Assembly: GCA_002633005.1 (NCBI GenBank)
Contig: NMRA01000139.1
Location: forward strand, 186,001 to 250,000
Length of the DNA stretch: 64,000 nt
Source of the DNA: Phoronis australis
Lineage: Eukaryota; Animalia; Phoronida
Direction: 5' to 3'
Numbering within the stretch: the first letter of the stretch is position 1; every line of letters begins with the position of its first letter. Positions 53,511 to 64,000 of this stretch are shown here, in pieces. The position numbers were made by a program, and so were the translations under genes. Below the pieces are notes generated by a model. That model was not told the origin of the DNA. It saw only the letters and a list, made by a program, of their open reading frames with translations, and ran no database searches.

Positions 53511-55147
53511 CTGAAACAACAAACCAGTTCTTTAATAAATGAGTTATGTCATGTAGACAACAACTAGGCATTATAGGTACCCCACTACCAGTCAGAAATT
53601 CTATCCAATGCTCCACATGACTATTTTTGAAAAATAATTTGATTTCAGTTTTGCAAAGTACAACATCTCCAAAATATATGCCAAATCGATAATGTGATTA
53701 CAAACACATAATCTGTGTAAATAACAGTCATGTGCAATCAATTGCTTTGCAAAAGCTTCATTTAATAATACCCAAGAGTGGCCACTATAGGACCAAGTTG
53801 TAAGTGACTTTTATTAAACAAGCCCCAGAGCCAGGTGCTTATAAAGGGATCCCCGTTCGGTAATACTTGTTTCTCACAAATTTGATGACACCATTCCTTG
53901 TTTGCCTGATATACCAAACTGCAAGGACAGCACGTACGAGTAGCAAGCCCTGCGGAATGGAACTCCTCAAAGAAATCACGACCTCCACTGAGAGTCCTGG
54001 CTTAGATTTCACTAACTCCAAGCACTATTCTCCCTTCAGTTTATAAGACTCTGTCAGAGTTTGCTATCATTCAGAGTGGCATAGCGTTGGACTATTATGA
54101 TCTATTTCTCCTTGCACAGAGTATAGAGAGGCTCAAACAACACTTAGATGGCAGTAGGAAGTCAACAGCCTCACTGATGGGATGTGCATTCAAGTAGTTT
54201 TGTAGGACCATTACACCACAAAACATGTCCATAATGAGAAAATCTATCTAACAAGTAGACCTAGATGTTACGAGGCAGGCTCCCAAACACCATTTCAAAA
54301 AAACTTATGACAGTCATAAAATTGACAGCTCAACACATTTTTGGTTGGGTGGTTGTGTTCCGAAGGGCAGCAGGAAGTGGGAACCCACCTGTGTGTTCAA
54401 TCTATTCAGATGAGGTAAAAAATAGCATGATTTGTTCTGATCTATTTTTGTTAATTTGACGCTGTCATGCAGTATTATTATAAAAATTCACCAGCTGAAG
54501 TTGTGGCCATGACTCAGGACCACATCACCTGCCTTTGGAACCCTGTTCATAATCACTTAAGGCCATACAAAAGGTGACTGTCATTAAGTCTAAAGTGTTG
54601 CAGACAGCCCCTGTTTCTTTAAACATTGAGATACAAGTTTCAAAAGACGTCTAGTGTAGAACAGAGCCAATTGCTCTAGTTATGGGCCACCTAATAAATT
54701 AAATTGAATTTCTCATTCATTTTTACAGAAATTTTACCAAAGAAATCCTGCGGCTGTGATAGACAGCAGACGTCTCTAACGAAATTAGCATTATCACCAC
54801 CTCACTTCTGCAATCACACGTGAATACCGTTGACAATGTGCCAACTGCGTAATTCCCAATCAGCCAGTTAGTGTAACAACACTACAGTACAACGATGATC
54901 AGAACAATATGGACATAGACTCATTAGCGTAAATAAGCTGTTAACACAATCTGTACAGCACCAACGCGGGTGGAGAAAGTACATCTCCCACTAAGCAAGA
55001 ACTGTTGTGTAAATAGATCTTTCAGTGTAGTCAGCTCTAGTTGGGCTAATTTGAAATAAAAGATGGCTGAACAAATTTGATTTCTGAGGCACGAAGCTGA
55101 TTGATGTTGGCGGGCAACTACACAAATGAATATATATGACATCTCAC

Positions 55148-55190
55148 CAATTTTAGACAAAAATAATTGACAAAGTTGATCATTTTTCAT
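55148..55190 (-). CDS. Candidate short first coding exon of TNFAIP8
   Basis: ATG MKNDQLCQLFLSKI G|gtgaga, phase 1 compatible; no homology support. Confidence 0.3.
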
Positions 55191-55765
55191 TTTTAAAAGG
55201 CTTCTAACATTGTTGCTAGTAAATTTTCAAAATCTTGTCTTGTAGTAGCTGTGATAAAGAGTTTGAGCACAGAAAAAACTGAGAATTCAAAATTAGATTT
55301 CATTTATCTGCCATGTTGCACCTTAAACAGGCGAGAATTTAACGTACGGTTCAATGAGGCCATTGTCAAAAGCCTGCAAACATTTTCAATCTCACAAATT
55401 TGTGAGACAACAAGGCTTCACCTGAACTGCATTCATAAAAAAACAGAATCAAATGAATGCTTTAAAAATTCCAATTTCTACACCGGTATTTAAATTCAAA
55501 TGTTTCATACAAAGCGTGCAAGTAGAGTTAAGAGTTTGCGGGTTGAAAGTATGCACGTACGCCCAGCTATTCATGTAGACACGAGTCCTTTGTCATTTCC
55601 ACAGGTGTACTGTCTGTGTTAAGTGTAACTTCATTCAGTGATAAAATGCAAAGCTGTAGTTCCTGATGACATCACTGCAGAGGTACACATAAAGCCAAGG
55701 TCTTAGTGGTGAAGTTTTGAAAAAACAAAATTAAGGAGAATCTTAAGCTGTATTTACACGGGAGA

Positions 55766-56097
55766 CAGTTGTCACCTTGTCAATGTCAGTTATCATTGTG
55801 TCACTGTCACTTGTCACTGTGTCACTGTCAGTTGTCACTGTGTCACTGTCAGCTGTCACCGTGTCACTGTCAGTTGTCATCGTGTCACTGTCAGCTGTCA
55901 CCGTGTCACTGTCAGCTGTCACCGTGTCACTTTCAGCTGTCACCGTGTCACTTGTCACTGTCACTGTCAGTTGTCATCGAGTCACTGTCAGTTGTCACCG
56001 TGTCACTGTCACTTGTCACTGTCACTGTCAGTTGTCATCGTGTCACTGTCAGTTGTCACCGTGTCACTGTCAGTTGTCACCGTGTCACTGTCAGTTG
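55766..56097. repeat. 21-bp minisatellite built from gtcact/gtcagt subunits
   Basis: gtcactgtcagttgtcaccgt repeated with variants. Confidence 0.95.
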
Positions 56098-57417
56098 CTA
56101 TGGCGTGACTTGCTCAACTTTAGTCGCATTTACACGACATTAGATCACAAATTGGATCAATACGAGTCACTTAAATGAAGACTAGTGTCCGCGCCTGCTA
56201 GTATAAACAATAGCAAAAATTGGCACAATGAAAGATGAGCCCTTTCTTCCGTGCCCAAGTTGTGTTTAGAGGTGAAGTTGAAACTGGAGCACTGGTCGAG
56301 TGACACTCGCTCTATCTATCAAACCGGTGTAAAAAAATGCGCTCCCGTGGAGTCACTTGCTCCGTGGCAGTTGTTTTTAGACACACGCTTGCACCGATCA
56401 GCTGTTCCTTGTGTAAATGGGACTTTAAAGCTGCAAAAGCCAACTTTTGATAGAGACCACCCGCACATCCCAATAATGAACCTGGTATCAGCTTATCCTT
56501 AAATCTATTTGGAAGGAATTCCAGGACTTCAAAAGAACTGACAGTTCCTTAAATTACTAAAGACCAGTCTCTACAGTTTAGCATGCTCTTTGCAAACCCA
56601 TAAACCCTTTCTTGCCTGGTAAGGAACAAGCTGTGACCAGTTTTATATATACTAATGGTCTAAATCAAAAGTTGACTTCTTTGAATTTACTTTTTGCGCC
56701 TAATTCATGGAAGAACTTGATGTCATGCTTGTTAGTGGCAATGGCTTTGTGTAAATGATCAGCTTTGCTGTTTTTAGAGCTCAGTTTTAGACATAACAGC
56801 AATGATTATTTGTTATTGACGAAATGATCATCCTCTTCCGATTTGAGTAGATTCTTACAAGAAAGACTGAAGTAACACTTATTATTGATTGGAACAATTA
56901 GTTACAACTGAAATATTCTCACCAAATGTGTATTAGAATACAGTAATGAGTGTAGGTCAGCCCTAATATATTTTATTTTTTTTGCGAAAGTCAGTGTACA
57001 GAAATACTTCATTCATTTAGCATACAATATTGTCGACAAGTGAAATGCAATTTTCTCAAATTTCTCCACCAAAATCAAAGATCAAGAAAATTTTAATCAA
57101 TTGCTAGCATGGTTTGTATGACGTAGATATGAAACCCACTTTTGGTAAGTTTTCCATGTCGTGAACACATCCACTAAAACAAGAAACTGTAGGAACACCA
57201 CATTTATCCACTTTCACTCTTATCAGGCTTCTATTGTGAGTCAGCATGCGTGAATAATTGGCTGATAAAGCCACCTCTGGAACAACTTTTGGCTGAATGG
57301 ATGACCAGGCCATAAAATGATAATTAGCCAAGACCAGTTACTATAATACAACAAAGAATAATGTCTTGCATCACCTAGCCTTGGTGGAAAGCTGTATACT
57401 GTATTGGCTCAAACAAA

Positions 57418-58113
57418 NNNNNNNNNNNNNNNNNNNNNNNNNNNNNNNNNNNNNNNNNNNNNNNNNNNNNNNNNNNNNNNNNNNNNNNNNNNNNNNNNNN
57501 NNNNNNNNNNNNNNNNNNNNNNNNNNNNNNNNNNNNNNNNNNNNNNNNNNNNNNNNNNNNNNNNNNNNNNNNNNNNNNNNNNNNNNNNNNNNNNNNNNNN
57601 NNNNNNNNNNNNNNNNNNNNNNNNNNNNNNNNNNNNNNNNNNNNNNNNNNNNNNNNNNNNNNNNNNNNNNNNNNNNNNNNNNNNNNNNNNNNNNNNNNNN
57701 NNNNNNNNNNNNNNNNNNNNNNNNNNNNNNNNNNNNNNNNNNNNNNNNNNNNNNNNNNNNNNNNNNNNNNNNNNNNNNNNNNNNNNNNNNNNNNNNNNNN
57801 NNNNNNNNNNNNNNNNNNNNNNNNNNNNNNNNNNNNNNNNNNNNNNNNNNNNNNNNNNNNNNNNNNNNNNNNNNNNNNNNNNNNNNNNNNNNNNNNNNNN
57901 NNNNNNNNNNNNNNNNNNNNNNNNNNNNNNNNNNNNNNNNNNNNNNNNNNNNNNNNNNNNNNNNNNNNNNNNNNNNNNNNNNNNNNNNNNNNNNNNNNNN
58001 NNNNNNNNNNNNNNNNNNNNNNNNNNNNNNNNNNNNNNNNNNNNNNNNNNNNNNNNNNNNNNNNNNNNNNNNNNNNNNNNNNNNNNNNNNNNNNNNNNNN
58101 NNNNNNNNNNNNN
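57418..58113. other. Assembly gap (696 N)
   Basis: Run of N. Confidence 1.
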
Positions 58114-61100
58114 TAATCAGCTGATCATATCCGCATGAGCGAAGCCAATTATCCTCGCTCGTGACTCGATGACTAGAGCAGCTTGGCGGCATCCCTTTGA
58201 TCGTGAGCCGAGCGCGACTCAGCCAAGGTGGATAAATACGGTCTAGTTCAATTTTCCATACCCCACCGTTTAACTTAACCACTGGGGTTAGAACCAATCT
58301 TATTTAGTGGGAATGTTCATAGCATGTCCATGATTTACAGTAATATAATCAGCTTTAGAGGAATAGGAAAACAACAAATACTTTTGTGCGAAATAAGTAA
58401 AGATTAGCACAAGTCTAAAAATGGATGAGAAAATAAATGATGCCATATTTAATACAGCTACATTATATGTCACGATTTGAGAGATTTGTTTGTGACACTA
58501 CAGCGGGCTCAATGGTCTCTAGATCATCAGCACAACTTTGATGTCAAGATTAATAATTATGCACTAATTAAGTTAAAAATGCCACTTCATTTTAGGACTA
58601 GTCCTAAAAAGTAGCATGTGTGACATGCACTTAAACCGGTATGCCTTCAACCCATGACTTAAGAGAGGCACCACAGGCAAAGCCAGAGGAAGTCAACAGG
58701 GGAAAGCAGTGGGAGCCAAATGTGACAAAATGACTAAATGAGGGGACTGGGGGTGTAATGGATATGGGGGTCATGATGTTTTTGTGTTACCATAATCATG
58801 AATATGCCAGCGAGAACACACAATATGGCCGACAAGTGAAATATTATTTTGCCTAAATTTTTTCACAAAAATAAGGACTAAGAAAATTTTGGTCCGTTAC
58901 TGCAACTAGTACTTAAGTTTGTATAGCGCAGATGTCATTAACGACTAGTTTCCACTGTTTGAAGCAAACTAATCGATCTCTTACAAATGATAAAATGACA
59001 ATTTTCGCAATTATTTTTGTGCCATAAGTGAACAATTACCGTATGAATTAAACTATGCAACCATGGACAGTATCGTACAGATGTCTGAGTTAACACTTGT
59101 GATGCTTAACCACACCTTAATAAGCTGAATTGACAACGGAACATGGGAACATGAGCGTAACAGTGAAATTGATAAAATTCTAGGCAGGGCGCTAAACTGA
59201 ATGTCAAGGGCACTAAATTGTTAGTTCCACTTGACATCATCTGTGTCCACAAGCACAGCTGCGGTCACGACATGGTGATCAGATGCGAGTGACACTGACC
59301 TCAAAAAGGAAGGTTGAAAAGTCAGCGGTGTCACACTACGTGAGTGCAATATTCTTCTCAAGCCTCACAAGTACCTAAACATCTTGTTCCTGACAAGGGA
59401 CAAATCCTGAATTTATGATGGTAGAGAGGTGCGGCTAGAAAATACACACCCATTTTAGAGAGTGGACCTGTATCGCTGCCTAGCTTGACGGAAGAAACTC
59501 AAAAGCGCCATACTTTATAAAGAGAGGGTGCGAGAATTGCATAAAAAGGCAACAAGTGCATATTAATAAGTTCTGTAATTGAGTTTCTGTATCTTGTTGA
59601 TTGCTCATCATAAAAGTACAATAGAAATTCTTCAGTTTGGGACACAATATGGCAGACAGCTGATATTTCATTTTGTCAAATTTCTTAACAAAAAGAACTT
59701 TTCAGGAAAATTTACTGCGCTTTAAGCAGGATTTGTATGGTGTAGTTACCACCAAACATTTGGTAAAATTTTGAGCGCTTGCAATAATGCAGTAGGCCTA
59801 TGAAAAGAATTGCGTGTATTTTTGCAATTATGTTTGTTCCAAATTGACGATTTGTTTTTACTGTGAGCTCTAATCCTATGTTAAACAAACAATGCTCAAA
59901 ATTAAAAAAATAAATTTGAGACTGCATTTAGCATTGATGTGTAAGGGATGACGTACACGATCATTTAATTATCTAACTTTTTGTATGAGCTACCAGTTTT
60001 TATAACGAGTGATCAACCTTTGAAGAACTGGACTTGAGCTAATAAAAACATCCTATGTTTTGACAAATCGCCATAAATCTGCAAGTACTAGCAGCATCTG
60101 AAGTGCACAAAGGCAATCCAAAAACCTTGATATCGAAAATTGTCAAGAAATGTTCAGGTATCTATCAAAAATGAAATAACTTGACGACTGGACAAACAAA
60201 ATGGTTGAAAGTAAGACTGACAAAGAGCTTCTTGAATGCTACTGCCTGTCGTTGATGGATGGAGGAATAGTTCAGGAAGCCACGCTGATTTCAGCCTTGA
60301 ACAAAAAGTGAGGGAGGTTTAATATTTAAACTGTGTTAATCATTTTAGCATACAGCATCAGTGAGACATGATCCAGAAAAGAGAGTCTATCAAGACTCTA
60401 GGTATGCAAGCTGAGACATGACCTTTGGTAAATTAGCTGAAACACTATGAGTTACGTTACCTTGATATGAGAACCTGGTGAAAATGCAAGACCCTGAAAA
60501 ATTGCAATATATTTGCCATAATTTACAAGTGAATCATGTCACCAAACTAGTTTCCTTTGCAAGACTCCTGCATCTACGGAACTCGGCTAAGACCCGAGTC
60601 TATCTCGCGAAAATTGACTGATTATCTGAGAACATCATGCAATACCCCAAAGATGGATGTCTTTGGAACTGCATGAAACTTTGGTAATATATTTAAACTA
60701 TAGAAATAGACACCCAAGCAAAATGATGGCATTCAATATTCGTTTATACTAGAAAAATCTACAGTTCATTAATTCCGGCTCATGTTTGTGTAGGTTTGGC
60801 TTCATTGTTAAAAATTTAAATTACCGTAAACATAAAAAGGAAATTGATATCTTGGAGTATCAAGCCTTCAAAAGCACAAAAAAAGAAAATTTCGGATAAA
60901 CCGAGTGTCTGATCGATAGTTTCATCTGAGTGAGTAACCAATGGTGTTCAGACACACATAACAATAGTTACAAAACTGAGGATGTAATGTCAGCCAATGG
61001 CAGAACTGGTCAGATAAGAGACAAACACTGTTTTATTCCTTTATCTTATGACTGACTATGTGAGCAATTCAGTTGCCCATATGTAACAAATCTTCAAACA

Positions 61101-61162
61101 AGGGCACTCTTGGTAAGAATAATAATCCCAGTGGGGTAAATTGCACTAGTGCAAGTTGTTAA

Positions 61163-61677
61163 ACCCCCATCATACTGACTTAACTCCAGTCTGACCCGCC
61201 GGGAGCGTCGACTTGAACTGCGAAGTTAACTGAACCGTTCATACCGGCTTCGGTAGTTACAGACATCGAAGTAAACGGTAGGTGACGCTGTTGTCATCAA
61301 AGTAATCGCAAGGTAGTGCTGATGCATCGCGTGCACGATAAGATTTTTTTAATGTGACAATTTGTGAACATATACATGAGCTATTATTGACATAAAACGT
61401 ATTTCTAATTCGATTATTTGAGTAAAAAATAAGCAACTGTTAGTGATGACACTACCCTTTAATTGTGGACGACGACAGTGACTACTGGCGGTAACTTCGA
61501 TGGGACTGAAGTTGACTGATCATACTGCACCGCAGCGTGGACGCCCTGCTCTTAAATACACCTGTTTATTGCGAAGTTAACTGGCGCTGCTAACTTGGAT
61601 CCAGGAACAAAGTTAACCATTCATACTGATCCCAACTCCCCAAAACATTGACGCATCGACGTTAGTATGAAAGGTCC
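61163..61677. mobile_element. Degenerate MITE-like element
   Basis: tcatactgac near the left end vs gttagtatga at the right end; internal repeats of tcatac and gcgaagttaactg. Confidence 0.45.
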
Positions 61678-64000
61678 TCTAGGGCAAGGCTGTGTGTGGA
61701 CGGGACTTAAGATAATATTACACACATGAAGTGACAGCTTGAATAACGTAAGACCGGTCAAATATTTGAGGACCCAACATAAAATGTGAGCTTTACCAAC
61801 TGAATCCCTGCGGAAAAGTTGAAGCAAATACATATGTAAGAAACTACTGTTCCTTGCAACAGGTCTGTTTGACTGTGCGAAAAGTGTACTGCTTGAAAAA
61901 CTTAGCCACAACAAAATGGCCGGAAGGATGGGAGCAGTAAGACACAGTGCTATTGATTGTTGGCTATGTAATTTTCACCTAACAGTAAATTCCTTGTGTA
62001 GTTGGTTTTCACTCATTTCAACATGTGTTACACCTGCAGACTGCTCAGCAATGTGGGTCCTAAAGTTAAAGCAGGCTGTTTCTCCAAACATCCAGAAATA
62101 TTGTTTGAATTTATCCATGGGAAGTGTGTGACCTCATAATTCTCTCATTGTACATCACATTTGTGACTCTACCACACTAGTTCATTCTCCTAGTGTTCCG
62201 TTTGCAATGTAATGTGGGTATGCATTTTGCTTACAGGGACACAATCTTAACCATACAAAGCTCTGAGGCAAGAACAGATGATCATCATTTCAGGATTCCA
62301 CTATATCCAGTCCAGCTCTGTTTACCACAATGCAACACAACACAATTCAGTTATAAAATTTTCAGTGCACAAAATAGAGGGATTTAAGTCTGCCAAGAAT
62401 ATATTCCATGCCTCTCTTCACAACAGTTCCTGTACTAAGACCTATGCCAAATATATGAATTGGGGAATTTTGACCTTACTTTAAGTTACAAACTGCCCAT
62501 TCAACAGATTGTATTTTCCAGTAGTAGAGCTCTAATCTAGGCACAAACTGTTTTCCAAACGAGTCTGGAATAGGGAAAATTTTTTCTTCCAAATTGTGCA
62601 CTTAAGGCCAAATATCCTTAAGTAACCCTTGCTATATCCAATGTAATGTTTCTTTGCAATATCATAATATAAATTAAAATTAATTTTGATAATTTTATGA
62701 GTGCACCCCAATGGGAATAGGCACATACTTCCAACTTCAGTTAGTTTGAATCGGTCAAGAAAACAACATGGAGGAAAATGTTCCTGGCGTAGCACTTGTT
62801 CTCAGGGTTCATCATGCTGATTTCATAAAAGTTGGTAGAAGACATACCCGGTATTCCACGATTTTCTCACACATCATTTCTAAAGACTTTAAGTCACTGA
62901 GAAATTTGGAAGTTGCAGGCAACTATTTCTGAAAAATAATTTCATTGCTTTCAAGTAAAAATGCAATCTTGGCTAGTAACTGAGATAATTTCTAAATGTC
63001 TTTTCAGTAAAATTTAACTAAAAAGAAAGGTACGTTGATAGCAAAACAAAAGTATCAATATCACGATAAAATTAATTTGATATAAATGTTCAAGGTGAGA
63101 TATCAAAACACTGTTATAGTTTTCTAATTTCATTTTTCATTTATGCAACTTTAAAGATTTTCCATGAAAATCATGGAAACCTTATACTCTCAGCTCATCT
63201 ATTCAGTCATGGATCCACATGGGGCCAATAAAATAATTATCTTCTCAGCCAGGATCATATTAGTTTGATAAGAAGTGTTTCCTTACCCAGCCCAACTGGG
63301 AGAGTTGTTCACTAAGAACAGACTTCAGGAAGAACACTGCTTTCACTCTTACTTTGCATGTCACTTTCAAAACGCCTATTTGAGGACACCCGTGATTTAC
63401 AACTGTCCAAAGTCCATACGGGGGGGGGGGTCTAGTTACTCCCATCAAGCCCAACATGTATATTTGGATAGCCCCTCAGTGCATGAAGCATAGTATTTGA
63501 AAGTTTCATTTGAATCCAATCAGCTGTTTCTATGATAAGATGTTTCGAAGACTGCCAAATTGGGCCATTTTTACAGGATCCTACAAACCATTGACCTTTA
63601 TCAAGCAATTGTGAAGTGCGAGTGTACGTAAGACTTCATTTCTGTCCTAAGTCTCAGGTCACTGTTCACGAAACGACCCTACGTCGCAATGTGTGTTTTA
63701 CATGTATTTCACCCCAGCAACGAAATCACTTCACATTTGGGTTGGCTAAGTAAGATGTTAGTGCCTGGTTTGTGAATTAAGCTGTTGGTGCCTGGTTTGT
63801 TAATTAAATGATAACAATGCAGAAGTTGAAACAAACAATGTTCAAGAACATTCTTCAGCATTTATCACTGCTCAAAATCAAACAGTGAACTCAAACGTGA
63901 ACTGTTATCCCAGACACTGCCTACTACAGGCTGTCCCCTTGTAAAGGTACCCTTACTTGCCAGTCGATGAGCTCACACCCTAAGAGGAATGTATAATCAT

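Noticed and set aside
53511-53616. N-terminal extension of the TNFAIP8 ORF (MEHWIEF...)
   Set aside because: Lies upstream of a good acceptor, starts at a non-ATG codon and lacks family similarity; intronic
55743-56178. Cys/His- or Thr/Asp-repeat ORFs
   Set aside because: Translations of a 21-bp minisatellite that is open in several frames
57366-58297. Long ORFs of 244-308 aa
   Set aside because: Artefacts of the N gap

Overview
Intron-rich, AT-rich animal (invertebrate-type) genomic DNA with one 696-N gap; most ORFs in the supplied track are spurious. Four spliced genes can be assembled by hand from splice signals and exon phase. (1) A complete MEF2 on + (5581-27876, 10 coding exons) with a GC-AG intron and two old, tandemly duplicated, frame-symmetric exons (17588-17689, 21145-21228) that look like an alternative-splicing module. 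(2) An uncharacterised secreted protein on + (31701-39190): signal peptide, coiled coil, micro-exon-encoded linker, LamG/ConA-like domain. (3) A complete GDAP1-like GST on - (45422-39568, 326 aa). (4) The main exon of TNFAIP8/TIPE on - (53510-52945). The MEF2-TNFAIP8 proximity mirrors the four human paralogue pairs. Introns carry many MITEs (8-bp, 3-bp and three unusual 5-bp TSDs) and minisatellites. All gene models are manual and unconfirmed by transcripts or database searches.
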